Assembly: GCA_963710815.1 (NCBI GenBank)
Contig: CAVQCA010000140.1
Location: 4,801 to 68,800, forward strand
DNA from: an uncultured Gammaproteobacteria bacterium
GTDB taxonomy: Bacteria > Pseudomonadota > Gammaproteobacteria > UBA9214
DNA: 64,000 nucleotides
Direction of reading: 5' to 3'
A program made the translations under genes and the position numbers. This document shows, in pieces, positions 10,653-21,408 of this stretch. The notes beneath the pieces were generated by a model. That model was not told the origin of the DNA and made no database searches. It worked only from the letters and a program-made list of their open reading frames with translations. Every line of letters starts with the position of its first letter. Position 1 is the stretch's first letter.

Positions 10653-11617
10653 ACAACAACCGGCAGATCGACAGGCACGGACGACTGCGCCACTTCCTCT
10701 CCATCGAGGGACTGAACCGCACGTTGCTTACCGATATCCTCGATGCCGCCGAATCCTTCTCCGGGGTGACCGAACAGACCGTCAAGAAAGTCCCGCTGCT
10801 GCGCGGAAAGACCATCGTCAATCTCTTTTTCGAGGCCAGCACGCGCACGCGAACTACCTTCGAACTCGCCGCCAAAAGGCTTTCCGCGGATATTCTCAAC
10901 ATCAACATCACCCACTCGAGTACGGTCAAGGGGGAAACGCTGCTCGACACGCTGCGCAACCTGGAGGCCATGCATGTGGATATGTTCGTGGTCCGCCATG
11001 CCGACAGCGGAGCCGCCCACTTCATCGCGGACCATGTGGCGCCGCATGTCAGCGTGATCAACGCGGGGGATGGCCGGCACTCCCACCCCACCCAGGCCTT
11101 GCTGGATATATTCACCATCCGCCGCGTCAAGGGGCCGGATTTTGGTCGCCTGCGTGTCGCCATCGTCGGGGACATCCTGCATTCGCGCGTGGCGCGCTCC
11201 CAGATCCATGCCCTGAACCTGCTGAATACCGGGGAAATACGCATCGTGGCCCCGAATACACTCATCCCGGCACATGCGGAGTCACTCGGCGTGCATGTCT
11301 TTCATGATCTGCGCGAGTGCATCAAGGACGCCGATGTCATCATCATGCTGCGATTGCAGCGCGAACGCATGCAGGGAGCCCTGTTGCCGAGCGAGCATGA
11401 ATATTACGAGCTGTTCGGGGTGACGGAGAATAAACTGGCCGTCGCCAGACCCGATGTGACAATAATGCACCCGGGACCGATCAACCGCGGCGTGGAAATG
11501 GACTCCGAGGTGGCCGACGGGCCCCGTTCGGTCATTCTCGCGCAGGTTACCCACGGAATCGCCGTGCGCATGGCGGTAATGTCCATGGCAATGCGTCACA
11601 AGGAATCTGCCACGTAA
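10649..11617 (+). CDS. pyrB: Aspartate carbamoyltransferase catalytic subunit
   Basis: 322 aa; STRTR and HPxQ motifs. Confidence 0.9.
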   Translation: MNNNRQIDRHGRLRHFLSIEGLNRTLLTDILDAAESFSGVTEQTVKKVPLLRGKTIVNLFFEASTRTRTTFELAAKRLSADILNINITHSSTVKGETLLDTLRNLEAMHVDMFVVRHADSGAAHFIADHVAPHVSVINAGDGRHSHPTQALLDIFTIRRVKGPDFGRLRVAIVGDILHSRVARSQIHALNLLNTGEIRIVAPNTLIPAHAESLGVHVFHDLRECIKDADVIIMLRLQRERMQGALLPSEHEYYELFGVTENKLAVARPDVTIMHPGPINRGVEMDSEVADGPRSVILAQVTHGIAVRMAVMSMAMRHKESAT

Positions 11618-11624
11618 TAGCCCC

Positions 11625-12929
11625 ATGTCAACGACGGCAACCACAACCCGGAACCTGTGCCTCAAGGGAGGACGGGTGATCGATCCGGCCAACAAGGTCG
11701 ACGGCGTCATGGACGTGTACATCGCACAGGGCCGCATCGCGGCGCTGGGCCATGCGCCGGAGGGCTTCAGCGCCGCACAGGAAATCGATGCCGGCGGGCG
11801 CATCATCTGCCCGGGACTGGTGGACCTTTGTGCACGGGTGCGTGAACCGGGACAGGAACACAAGGCGACCATAGCCACGGAATCCGCGGCCGCCGCCGCC
11901 GGCGGCATCACCACGCTATGCTGCCCGCCGGATACCCATCCCGTTGTTGAAACACCGGCCGACATCGAACTGATCCGTTTGCGCGCCGAAAAGGTCGGAA
12001 AAACCCGCATCGTCACACTGGGGGCACTGACCCAGGGCCTGGACGGCGAGCGCCTGAGCGAGATGGCGGCATTGAAGCGGGCCGGCTGCGTCGGGGTCAG
12101 TAACGCCCTGCGGCCGCTCGCCAACACACTGGTTCTGCGGCGGGCGCTGGAGTATGCCGCCACCTTCGACCTGACCGTCTTTCTCCATGCCGATGACCAC
12201 TGGCTCTCAGCCAACGGCTGCGCCCACGAAGGCAGGGTCGCCACGCGCCTGGGGTTGCCAGGCATCCCGGAGGCCGCCGAAACGGCGGCCGTGGCATGCG
12301 ACCTTGCACTCATCGAACAAACCGGCATACGCGCGCATTTCTGCCGCCTGACGACCGCCCGCGCCGCGCACATGGTGGCGCGTGCCCAGTTCGACGGACT
12401 GCCGGTCACCGCGGATACCGCCATTCCCTACCTGCACCTGACGGAATTCGACATCAGCGATTTCGACAGCTGCTGTCATGTGATCCCGCCGCTGCGCACC
12501 ACGCAGGACCGTCATCAGTTGCGTGAGGCCCTGAAGCGCGGGACACTGTCGGCCCTCTGCTCGGACCATCAGCCCCATGAAGCCGACGCCAAATTGCGCT
12601 CCTTCCCGTCGACGGAACCCGGCATTTCGGGGCTGGACACCCTGTTGACGCTAGGACTGCGTCTGGTCGATGAGCATGTCATCGGTCTCGAAGATCTCAT
12701 ACACCGCCTGACCGCGGGTCCGGCAAACATCCTGGGGCTTCCCCTTGGCACGCTCTCGATGGGGGCGGCGGCGGATGTATGTATCTTCGACCCTGACATG
12801 ACCTGGCGGGTGGATACGGACACGATCAAGAGCAACGGGCACAATACCCCCTTCATGGGCTGGGAAATGAAGGGACGCGTCACGCACACGCTGCTTGCCG
12901 GAAAACTGGTGCACTGCCTTGCCGACTGA
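11625..12929 (+). CDS. pyrC': Dihydroorotase-like protein (pyrC'-type, ATCase-associated)
   Basis: 434 aa amidohydrolase directly after pyrB, as Pseudomonas PA0401. Confidence 0.75.
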   Translation: MSTTATTTRNLCLKGGRVIDPANKVDGVMDVYIAQGRIAALGHAPEGFSAAQEIDAGGRIICPGLVDLCARVREPGQEHKATIATESAAAAAGGITTLCCPPDTHPVVETPADIELIRLRAEKVGKTRIVTLGALTQGLDGERLSEMAALKRAGCVGVSNALRPLANTLVLRRALEYAATFDLTVFLHADDHWLSANGCAHEGRVATRLGLPGIPEAAETAAVACDLALIEQTGIRAHFCRLTTARAAHMVARAQFDGLPVTADTAIPYLHLTEFDISDFDSCCHVIPPLRTTQDRHQLREALKRGTLSALCSDHQPHEADAKLRSFPSTEPGISGLDTLLTLGLRLVDEHVIGLEDLIHRLTAGPANILGLPLGTLSMGAAADVCIFDPDMTWRVDTDTIKSNGHNTPFMGWEMKGRVTHTLLAGKLVHCLAD

Positions 12930-12936
12930 CCCGCCG

Positions 12937-13866
12937 ATGCCGACCGCGGACTCATCCCCCCACCCGATAGGTGCCAGACCCCATCGCAGCACGCTGTTTG
13001 TTGAAGACGCGGTCATTCTTTCCCACGAAAGTCATCCGGGAAATCAGTATGTCCTGCGGGCGGCGGCAGCCCGTTGCGCGTTGCATGCACGGCCGGGAAG
13101 CTTTGCGCATATCCAGTGCGCACCGACACTGCCCATGCGCCGGCCACTGTCAATTATGCGAGCCGATGCCGGACAGGGCTGGGTTGAATTTCTCTACAAG
13201 GACGTGGGTAGCGGTACCCACGCGCTGGCACGAAGAAAAACCGGCGAGACGATCAACCTGATCGGTCCCGTCGGAACACCGTTCAGGCCCGACCGGGCAC
13301 GCCCGCGCGCCCTGTTGCTGGGCGGCGGCGTCGGCATCCCGCCAATGGTCTTTCTGGCAGACAGCCTGCGCGCCGACAGTCACTGGCGACCGCTGGTCCT
13401 GATGGGTTCCGAGGTGCCCTTCCCCTTTCCCGCCCGACCATCGCGCATCCTGGCGCCGGGCATGGGGAACGGGGTCACCGCCGCCATGCCCTTGCTGGAC
13501 GACTGGGGCGTGCCCAGCCGGCTGTCCAGTCTGCAGGGATACGCCGGATGCTTTCAGGGTTACGTCACCGATCTGGCGCGTGGCTGGCTGGAGGCGATGA
13601 CGCATGAAGAGCGCGCCGAGGTCGGTGTTTACGCCTGCGGACCACACCCGATGCTGGGAGCCGCCGCCCGACTGGCGCGAGAATACGCACTGCCATGCCA
13701 GGTATCGCTGGAGGAATACATGGCCTGTGCCGTTGGCGGCTGCGCGGGCTGCACGGTAAAACTCACTACGCCCGCCGGCACCTCGATGAAGCGCGTTTGC
13801 GTGGACGGGCCAGTCTTTGACGCCGCGCTGATCGACTGGGGAGGGGACCCCGTATCGGAGGCTTAG
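12937..13866 (+). CDS. PyrK-like FAD/NAD(P)-binding oxidoreductase with C-terminal 2Fe-2S cysteine cluster
   Basis: Ferredoxin-reductase fold with C-terminal CAVGGCAGC motif, as in the dihydroorotate dehydrogenase electron-transfer subunit family. Start 12937 (in-frame ATG) or 12895 (track). Confidence 0.6.
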   Translation: MPTADSSPHPIGARPHRSTLFVEDAVILSHESHPGNQYVLRAAAARCALHARPGSFAHIQCAPTLPMRRPLSIMRADAGQGWVEFLYKDVGSGTHALARRKTGETINLIGPVGTPFRPDRARPRALLLGGGVGIPPMVFLADSLRADSHWRPLVLMGSEVPFPFPARPSRILAPGMGNGVTAAMPLLDDWGVPSRLSSLQGYAGCFQGYVTDLARGWLEAMTHEERAEVGVYACGPHPMLGAAARLAREYALPCQVSLEEYMACAVGGCAGCTVKLTTPAGTSMKRVCVDGPVFDAALIDWGGDPVSEA

Positions 13867-14999
13867 CCCCGCCTCAAGACATCGTCCTCCTCGATCAGCT
13901 CGATGCCATCCATCGCGGCCGCGTACTGATCGACGTCGCCCTTGTCGAGCTTGATCATGAGACGGACTTCATTGGCGGAATCCGCGTAATGCAGGGCGTC
14001 ATCGTAGGTGATCTCACCCGCCTTGAAGAGCTCGAACAGGGCCTGGTCGAAGGTAATCATGCCCTGCTGGCGTGACTGCTTCATCAGGTCCTTCAGCTTG
14101 TGCACCTCGCCCTTGCGTATGACGTCATGCACCAGCGGGGTACCCAGCAGGATTTCTATGCACACACGGCGTCCCTTGCCGTCGGCCCGGGGAATCAGTT
14201 GCTGGGCGATGAACGCTTTCAGGTTCAGGGACAGGTCCATGAACAACTGGGGCCGGCGGTCCTCGGGGAAGAAGTTGATGATGCGATCCATCGCGCCGTT
14301 GGCGTTGTTCGCATGCAGTGTCGCCAGGCAGAGGTGACCGGTCTCGGCGAAGGCGATCGCGTAGTTCATGGTTTCACGGTCACGGATCTCGCCAAGCAGG
14401 ATCACATCCGGCGCCTGGCGCAGGGTGTTCTTCAGCGCCACCTCGTAGGATTCGGTATCGATCCCCACCTCGCGCTGGCTGATGATGCAGTTCTGGTGGC
14501 TATGCACAAACTCGATCGGATCCTCGATGGTGATGATATGGCCGGAACCGTGCTTGTTGCGGTACCCGATCATGGACGCCAGTGAGGTTGACTTGCCCGT
14601 GCCGGTGGCGCCGATGAAGATGATCAGACCGCGCTTGGTCATGGACAGGTTTTTGAGGATCGGCGGCAGTTTCAGTTCCTCTATGGTCGGGATGTAGGTC
14701 TCGATGCGCCGCAGCACCACACCGATCTGGCCGCGCTGGTAGAAGGCGCTGGCACGGAAGCGACCGACGCCGGATTCACTGATCGCGAAGTTGCACTCAT
14801 GGGTCGCCTCGAACTCGTCGCGCTGCGCCGGTGTCATCATACCGGTGACGATCTCCGCGGTCTCCTCCGGTGTGAGGGACGTGGGGGTGATAGGGGCGAT
14901 GCGTCCGTCGACCTTCATGCTCGGCGGCAGACCGGCGGTGATGAAGAGGTCCGAGGACTTCTTCTGATCCATCAGCTTGAGTAGTGAAGATACGTCCAT
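13863..14999 (-). CDS. pilU: Type IV pilus retraction ATPase PilU
   Basis: 378 aa PilT-family ATPase, Walker A GATGTGKST. Confidence 0.85.
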   Translation of the reverse strand: MDVSSLLKLMDQKKSSDLFITAGLPPSMKVDGRIAPITPTSLTPEETAEIVTGMMTPAQRDEFEATHECNFAISESGVGRFRASAFYQRGQIGVVLRRIETYIPTIEELKLPPILKNLSMTKRGLIIFIGATGTGKSTSLASMIGYRNKHGSGHIITIEDPIEFVHSHQNCIISQREVGIDTESYEVALKNTLRQAPDVILLGEIRDRETMNYAIAFAETGHLCLATLHANNANGAMDRIINFFPEDRRPQLFMDLSLNLKAFIAQQLIPRADGKGRRVCIEILLGTPLVHDVIRKGEVHKLKDLMKQSRQQGMITFDQALFELFKAGEITYDDALHYADSANEVRLMIKLDKGDVDQYAAAMDGIELIEEDDVLRRG

Positions 15000-15019
15000 C
15001 GGCGTTCTCCGTGGATGAA

Positions 15020-16057
15020 TTACTGAAACGTGTCTTTCATGACAGCCTTGGCGCGCGCATCCTGTAACGTGACCAGACCGCGCGAAACCAGGTCCTTCAG
15101 GTACTGATCCATGGTGATCATCCCGTGCGCCTGCCCGGTCTGTATGGAAGAGTACATCTGCGCCACCTTGTCCTCGCGAATCAGATTGCGTACCGCAGGC
15201 GTGCCGATCATAATTTCCCAGCCCGCGATGCGGCCACCCCCGATCTTCTTCATCAGCGTCTGGGCGATCACGGCGCGCAGCGATTCGGACAGCATGGAAC
15301 GCACCATGGTCTTTTCTGCGGCAGGGAACACGTCGATGATGCGGTCTATGGTCTTCGCCGCCGAACTGGTATGCAGCGTGCCGAACACGAGGTGACCGGT
15401 CTCGGCGGCGGTCAGCGCCAGCCGGATGGTCTCCAGGTCGCGCATCTCTCCCACCAGGATGATGTCCGGATCCTCGCGCAGGGCGGAGCGCAGCGCCTCA
15501 TTGAATCCGTGGGTGTCACGGTGCACCTCGCGCTGGTTGATGAGGCATTTCTTGCTCTCATGGACAAATTCTATGGGGTCTTCGATGGTCAGGATGTGCG
15601 CAAACGCCTTGTTGTTGATGTAGTCGACCATTGCCGCAAGCGTGGTGGACTTGCCCGAGCCGGTCGGACCGGTGACCAGCACGAGGCCACGCGGATTATC
15701 CGCGATCTTCTTGAAGATGGCGGGTGTACCCAGATCTTCCAGCGCGAGAATATCCGAGGGAATGGTACGGAATACCGCACCGGCACCACGGTTCTGGTTG
15801 AAGGCATTGACACGAAAGCGGGCAAGTCCGGGTATTTCGAAGGAGAAATCGGTCTCCAGAAACTCTTCGTAGTCCTTGCGCTGCTTGTCGTTCATGATGT
15901 CGTAGACCAGACCGTGCACGGTCTTGTGGTCCAGCGCCGGAACATTGATCTTGCGAACATCACCGTCCACGCGAATCATCGGCGGAAGCCCCGCGGAAAG
16001 GTGCAGGTCCGATGCACCGTTCTTGACACTGAAGGTGAGTAATTCCGCTATATCCAT
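15020..16057 (-). CDS. pilT: Twitching motility ATPase PilT
   Basis: 345 aa, GPTGSGKSTT, strong PilT similarity. Confidence 0.9.
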   Translation of the reverse strand: MDIAELLTFSVKNGASDLHLSAGLPPMIRVDGDVRKINVPALDHKTVHGLVYDIMNDKQRKDYEEFLETDFSFEIPGLARFRVNAFNQNRGAGAVFRTIPSDILALEDLGTPAIFKKIADNPRGLVLVTGPTGSGKSTTLAAMVDYINNKAFAHILTIEDPIEFVHESKKCLINQREVHRDTHGFNEALRSALREDPDIILVGEMRDLETIRLALTAAETGHLVFGTLHTSSAAKTIDRIIDVFPAAEKTMVRSMLSESLRAVIAQTLMKKIGGGRIAGWEIMIGTPAVRNLIREDKVAQMYSSIQTGQAHGMITMDQYLKDLVSRGLVTLQDARAKAVMKDTFQ

Positions 16058-16370
16058 GCCCGCTCCATTATATTCGGTTACTGGTCACAGCATATCGACA
16101 CCGGCATTCAATACTTGACACAGACTCGATGTAATCTGGCCTCATGGCAGGGCGAACCATATGGAGAATTGCCTCTACCATGACTCATTCGCAGGGAGTA
16201 TGCCGATATGCGGCATTTTATCAAGCATAACAACGAAACCCGCACTGGAATCATCACATAGCGATCGCCTCCTGCGAACCGGACAAGACGAATGCGGCCT
16301 TTACGCGGCGCCCGGACAGGGGGGATTATGGCTTGTCCTCCCCCGCTTTCATCATGTATTGTCACTGACC

Positions 16371-17198
16371 ATGACCGAAACCACACTTGCCTTTATCGGT
16401 GGCGGCAACATGACCAGAAGCCTCATCGGAGGACTGGTTTCCGACGGCTGGAATCCCGCGCGTATACACGTCGCCGACCCGGACCCGCAGCAGCTCGAGC
16501 TTCTGGCGCGACGCTTCTCCGTCGCCACCACGGCGGACAACGGTGTCGCCGTCAACAACGCCGATGCAGTCGTGCTGGCCATCAAGCCGCAGATGGTCAG
16601 GTCCGTTTCTACTGAACTTGCCCCGATCATCAGAAAGCAGCGCCCGCTGGTCATCTCGATCGCCGCCGGTATACGGGAAACCTCGCTGCGCGGCTGGCTC
16701 GACAGGGACATCGCCATCGTACGCGCCATGCCCAATACACCGGCCATGGTACAAAGCGGCGCCACCGCGCTGTATGCGAACCCGGCTGTCAACGAGGCGC
16801 AACACAACCTCGCCGAATCCGTCCTGCGAGCCGTCGGCGTCGCGATATGGGTCGAGGATGAGTCCATGATGGATGCCGTTACCGCCCTGTCCGGCAGTGG
16901 CCCGGCCTACTTTTTCCTGCTGATGGAGGCGTTGACGTCCGCCGGCCTCCGGCTGGGTCTGCCTCGGGACACGGCCCGGCTGCTGACCCTGCAAACCGCC
17001 TTCGGCGCCGCCAAGATGGCACTGGAGAGCGTAGAGGATGCCGCCCAACTCAGGCACCGCGTGACCTCACCGGGTGGTACCACGGAACGCGCTATCGGGG
17101 TATTCCAGGAAAACAATTTCGAAGGAATTGTATTGCAGGCAATGCAGGCGGCCACCGCGCGCTCGCGCGAGCTTGCTGCCGAGTTTGGCAAGGGATGA
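16371..17198 (+). CDS. proC: Pyrroline-5-carboxylate reductase
   Basis: ProC starting at in-frame ATG 16371 (MTETTLAFIGGGNM). The track ORF from 16161 is an upstream extension. Confidence 0.85.
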   Translation: MTETTLAFIGGGNMTRSLIGGLVSDGWNPARIHVADPDPQQLELLARRFSVATTADNGVAVNNADAVVLAIKPQMVRSVSTELAPIIRKQRPLVISIAAGIRETSLRGWLDRDIAIVRAMPNTPAMVQSGATALYANPAVNEAQHNLAESVLRAVGVAIWVEDESMMDAVTALSGSGPAYFFLLMEALTSAGLRLGLPRDTARLLTLQTAFGAAKMALESVEDAAQLRHRVTSPGGTTERAIGVFQENNFEGIVLQAMQAATARSRELAAEFGKG

Positions 17199-17752
17199 TA
17201 GGCAACAGCTACTTCACCAACCCGCTGGAGTTTCTCATCAGCACCCTGTTCAGCCTTTACATACTGGCTGTCATGGTGCGTTTCCTGCTCGGAGCGGTAC
17301 GCGCCGATTTCTACAATCCCATCAGCCAGTTCCTGGTTCGCATCACCAACCCCCTGCTGGTTCCCTTGCGCAAGGCCATACCGAGCATCGGCAAGTTTGA
17401 TTCGGCGGCCATGATACTGATGATCGTACTGCAACTGGTATCCGTCACACTGGTGCTCCTGTTGCGCAAGCAGGACATATCCTCCACGATACTTGTCATC
17501 ATCACGCTCGGTGAACTGGTCTGGCTGATGATCAATGTCTTCATGTTTGCCATTATCATCCAGGTCATCGCCAGCTGGATAAACCCGGGAAGCTACAACC
17601 CTCTCACTTCACTGCTGCACAGCCTTACCAACCCGCTGCTGCGACCGATCCGGCATCTCATGCCGGCCATAGCAGGCATCGACCTGTCACCCCTGTTCGC
17701 GCTCATCGGCCTGCAGGTGCTGAGGATGCTGGTCGCACCATTACTCCTTTGA
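17195..17752 (+). CDS. yggT: YggT family membrane protein
   Basis: 185 aa, YggT repeats; 4-nt overlap with proC. Confidence 0.8.
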   Translation: MIGNSYFTNPLEFLISTLFSLYILAVMVRFLLGAVRADFYNPISQFLVRITNPLLVPLRKAIPSIGKFDSAAMILMIVLQLVSVTLVLLLRKQDISSTILVIITLGELVWLMINVFMFAIIIQVIASWINPGSYNPLTSLLHSLTNPLLRPIRHLMPAIAGIDLSPLFALIGLQVLRMLVAPLLL

Positions 17753-17758
17753 GTATCT

Positions 17759-18055
17759 GTGCCGCAACCCTGGTATCACTGGAAGGGCGATGACCTCGTC
17801 CTGGCAATCCACCTGCAGCCAGGCTCGGCTCAGGACACGCTGGCAGGCATTCACGGCGAGCGGCTGAAAGTCAAGATCACCGCGGCACCTGTGGACGGCC
17901 GCGCAAACGACCATCTGATACATTTCCTCTCACGATTGTTCGACGTACCACGCAGCCGGGTCGAACTGCTATCCGGCCACGGCAGCCGCAGAAAACGCGT
18001 ATCCATACACCGGCCGCGCAGGTTGCCTGAGGGAATCAGTGCCTCGTCGTACTGA
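17759..18055 (+). CDS. yggU: DUF167/YggU family protein
   Basis: 98 aa, follows yggT as in E. coli and Pseudomonas. Confidence 0.65.
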   Translation: MPQPWYHWKGDDLVLAIHLQPGSAQDTLAGIHGERLKVKITAAPVDGRANDHLIHFLSRLFDVPRSRVELLSGHGSRRKRVSIHRPRRLPEGISASSY

Positions 18056-18241
18056 GGCGGGAAACGGCCACATACGCGGGACGATGCACGGGGTACGCGC
18101 CTGCCGTTCCAGGCCATGTTCCGAAAGATGCTGTACCTGGCCGGATACGCCTGTTAAGTTATCATCCGGGCAACAGGCCGGGTTGCACGGGTATCGGCGG
18201 CGCCCGAACAGGCACATGAAAATCTGAGAGGAGAACAAGGA

Positions 18242-18694
18242 ATGAAACTAAAGCATATCGGGATCGCATGGCTGTCCGGGCTGGCGTTCGCTATCGCCAC
18301 ACCGGGCGTTCAGGCGGAGAATTCGCAGGATTTTGGCAACTACGTGGTCCATTACAACGCGCTCGCCACTGACCTGATCACACCCGAGGTGGCACGCGAG
18401 TACCACATCACTCGCAGCCAGAGCAACGGCATGGTAAATATCACGGTACTGAAGAAGGTGCTGGGCAGCCCCGGCCAACCGGTACACGCCCACGTCGAGA
18501 TAACGGCAACCAACCTCGCCGGCCAGACCCGAAAGATACCCATGCGCGAAGCGCGCGAAGGTAATGCCATCTACTATATCGGGGAATTCGGCGTTGCCAA
18601 CGAGGAGACCGTGAAATTCGACGTCCGGGTCCGACCCCGGGGAGCCCAGGACGAGTTCAGAGTCGAGTTCAGTCAGGACTTCTACACCCATTGA
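18242..18694 (+). CDS. Secreted DUF4426-like protein
   Basis: 150 aa with signal peptide (AIATPGVQA); position equivalent to Pseudomonas PA0388. Confidence 0.6.
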   Translation: MKLKHIGIAWLSGLAFAIATPGVQAENSQDFGNYVVHYNALATDLITPEVAREYHITRSQSNGMVNITVLKKVLGSPGQPVHAHVEITATNLAGQTRKIPMREAREGNAIYYIGEFGVANEETVKFDVRVRPRGAQDEFRVEFSQDFYTH

Positions 18695-18721
18695 TGAACT
18701 GAAAACCCCTTGCGGTTGCGG

Positions 18722-18752
18722 CGCCCGGCACGAACGAGTCCGGGCGTTTTTT
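18722..18752 (+). terminator. Rho-independent terminator after the DUF4426 gene
   Basis: GC hairpin gcccggcacgaacgagtccgggc followed by TTTTTTC. Confidence 0.55.
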
Positions 18753-18868
18753 CATTGAAAGTCAGCTACAGTCCGCCTGCCGGGAATGGATGACGGCGTT
18801 TACCCCCGTGCGCCGCACCTGACTACACCCCGCCGACCTGGCGACTAAACCCCGGGAAACACGCCACA

Positions 18869-20464
18869 TTGATCGAGAGCGAACGCACCAGACCCTCGCT
18901 GCTTCAATCGAAGATGTTCTGGGTGGGTATCCTCTATTTCGCCGAAGGATTCCCCCTGGGTGTTTTCTACGATGTCTTTCCGGTGCATTTTCGCCAGCAG
19001 GGAGTGAGCCTCGCCGGTATCGGTCTCCTCAGCCTGCTCGGACTCGCCTGGACATTGAAGTTCCTCTGGGCCCCGGCGGTGGATCATTTCCGGCATCACC
19101 GACGCTGGATGTTCGGCGCCGATATCTGCATGGCCGCCATCCTGCTGCTGTTCGCCGCGCAAACCGGATTCGGGCCGTGGGTGTGGTTTGCCATCGGCGT
19201 TTTCACCCTGCTCTCCGCCACCAACGACATCGCCATTGACGGCTACACCATCGAGATGCTCGACCGGCACGAACTGGGGCTGGCCAACGGGCTGCGCATT
19301 GCATTCTACCGCGCTGGCATGCTGGCGGCGGGCGTCATCCTGATTTGCAGCGATATGCTCGGGTGGGCGGGCGCCTATACCGCGGGAGCCGCGGTCTTCC
19401 TGCTGGCCGGGCTGATCTGCCTGAAGGCGCCACGCGAACGGTATCGCCAGGCAGACGCGGGAATCACGCCGACAGTTGAATTCAAGGCACTGCTGTCCCA
19501 TCCGCTGGCCCTTGCCGTCGTCGTGCTGTTTCTGCTGGGCGTGCTGTGGCTGATCGACCGCGCCACCGGGTGGTCCCGGACCGTCGAACATTTCTGGTGG
19601 TATATCTTCGCCGGCGCCGCGCTGCCGATCCTCTACAGCGGGAGGTATACACGCCAGACAGGACATACGGGCGCGCAGCGGCCGCCGCTCGCCGAAGGGC
19701 CGGTGTTCGGCGCCCTGCTGGAAATGCTCCGGCGACCTTCCATCCTGCCGGTCATACTGTTCATCCTCATCTTCAAACTCGGCGACAGCGCCATGGGCTT
19801 CATGATCAAGCCATTCTGGGTGGACAGCGGCTTCTCCGCCGCCCAGATCGGCCTGGTATCGGTAAACATCGGCCTGGGCCTGTCCATTGCGGGGGGTATT
19901 GTCGGCGGCTGGTTTACCGACCGGGCGGGTATCTTCAGGGGACTCTGGGTACTCGGTTTGCTGCAGGCGGTTTCCAACCTGGGTTACGCCTGGGCCGCCC
20001 ACGTCATCCCGTCAGTGCCGGCAGGTACCCCCGTCACGGCGAACCACCAGGCGCTGATGTATCTCGCCAGCGCCCTTGAATCCTTCACCGGCGGGCTCGG
20101 CACCGCCGCCTTTCTCGCCTTCCTCATGGCCATCGTCAACAAGCGTCATTCGGCCACGGAATACGCACTGCTCTCTTCCGTATTCGCCCTGAGTCGATCC
20201 GTCTCCGGCTGGGCCGGCGGATATGGCGCGGAGGCGATGGGTTATGCCGATTACTTTCTGCTGACCTTCTTTCTCGCCTTCCCGGCCTACCTGCTCCTGC
20301 CATGGGTCCGCAAGATGCTGGCGTACGCGGCCCGGCAGCCGGACGAGGAACAGGTCAACCGGGATGAGTCCCGTGAAGATAACGCCGTCGGCGCCAGGGG
20401 CGGGTTTGCAGCGGATGACGGTGACCCCGGCGCGGTCACCCCGGCGGGAACTCGTAATCCATGA
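18869..20464 (+). CDS. ampG: MFS transporter, AmpG-like muropeptide permease
   Basis: 531 aa, 12+ TM, AmpG-like N-terminus; alternative start ATG 18914. Confidence 0.65.
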   Translation: MIESERTRPSLLQSKMFWVGILYFAEGFPLGVFYDVFPVHFRQQGVSLAGIGLLSLLGLAWTLKFLWAPAVDHFRHHRRWMFGADICMAAILLLFAAQTGFGPWVWFAIGVFTLLSATNDIAIDGYTIEMLDRHELGLANGLRIAFYRAGMLAAGVILICSDMLGWAGAYTAGAAVFLLAGLICLKAPRERYRQADAGITPTVEFKALLSHPLALAVVVLFLLGVLWLIDRATGWSRTVEHFWWYIFAGAALPILYSGRYTRQTGHTGAQRPPLAEGPVFGALLEMLRRPSILPVILFILIFKLGDSAMGFMIKPFWVDSGFSAAQIGLVSVNIGLGLSIAGGIVGGWFTDRAGIFRGLWVLGLLQAVSNLGYAWAAHVIPSVPAGTPVTANHQALMYLASALESFTGGLGTAAFLAFLMAIVNKRHSATEYALLSSVFALSRSVSGWAGGYGAEAMGYADYFLLTFFLAFPAYLLLPWVRKMLAYAARQPDEEQVNRDESREDNAVGARGGFAADDGDPGAVTPAGTRNP

Positions 20465-21212
20465 TCAGCGGCGCGTGGTCGGAGAAGCGCTTCTCCTTGT
20501 AGATACGAGCACCCCGCACCCGTTCGGCCAGCCCCGGGCTGATGACCTGGTAGTCGATACGCCACCCCACGTTTTTCGCCCACGCCTGCCCGCGGTTCGA
20601 CCACCAGGTGTATTGCTCCGACTCCCGGTTCACCAGCCTGAAGGCATCCACGTAGCCGGCCGGTCCGAACAACTCGTCCATCCAGGCGCGCTCTTCCGGT
20701 AAAAAGCCGGAATTCTTCTGGTTGCCGCGCCAGTTTTTCAGATCGATCGGCTTGTGGGCAATATTCCAGTCGCCGCACAGTACATACTCGCGCCGCTTCA
20801 GACGCAGACCGCGCAGGTAGGGCATGAAACGATCGAGAAATCCGAACTTGATGGACTGGCGCTCCTCGCTGGAAGAGCCGGAGGGCAGGTACAGCGAAAT
20901 CACGCTCAGCGCCCCGTAGCGCGCCTCGATAAATCGGCCTTCGGCATCCATATCCGGCCAGCCGAGGCCGGTGATGACCCGGTCGGGCTTGCGCCGGGTG
21001 TATATGGCAACGCCGCTGTAGCCCTTCTTCTCGGCATCATGAAAATAGGCGTGCCAGCCCCGCGGCCGGAACACCGGGGCCTGCAGCTGATCCTGCTGTG
21101 CCCTGATCTCCTGCAGGCAGACCACATCCGCCCGCTGCCGTACCATCCATGAAAAGAATCCCTTCCCGGCGGCCGAGCGCAGGCCGTTTACATTGAGAGT
21201 GATGATACGCAT
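20436..21212 (-). CDS. xthA: Exodeoxyribonuclease III
   Basis: Start at MRIITLNVNGLRS (complement 21210-21212); the track start 21344 is an N-terminal extension. Convergent with ampG, 29-nt overlap. Confidence 0.85.
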   Translation of the reverse strand: MRIITLNVNGLRSAAGKGFFSWMVRQRADVVCLQEIRAQQDQLQAPVFRPRGWHAYFHDAEKKGYSGVAIYTRRKPDRVITGLGWPDMDAEGRFIEARYGALSVISLYLPSGSSSEERQSIKFGFLDRFMPYLRGLRLKRREYVLCGDWNIAHKPIDLKNWRGNQKNSGFLPEERAWMDELFGPAGYVDAFRLVNRESEQYTWWSNRGQAWAKNVGWRIDYQVISPGLAERVRGARIYKEKRFSDHAPLIMDYEFPPG

Positions 21213-21408
21213 GATTCTCCCTGATACGGTTCCGCGAGTATGATACCGTGTCGCTGCTGGTTGTCTGCCTCTCATCGTGGCAGAACGTGTGCACCGCGCC
21301 GCGGAACAGGGTAAACAGCCTGCCGGTCTCCGGTGGACCACCACGAGCGGGTACGCGAATCACACACCCTGCGCCCTACGGTAAATTACTGAACACCTTT
21401 ATCCGGCA

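Noticed and set aside
16161-16370. 70-codon extension making proC 345 aa
   Set aside because: ProC proteins start at the Rossmann motif (MTETTLAFIGGGNM) with an ATG there. The extension has no homology and looks like leader sequence.
18845-20002. 385-aa minus-strand ORF antisense to ampG
   Set aside because: Entirely inside the MFS transporter gene on the opposite strand; Gly/Arg/Pro-rich low-complexity translation.
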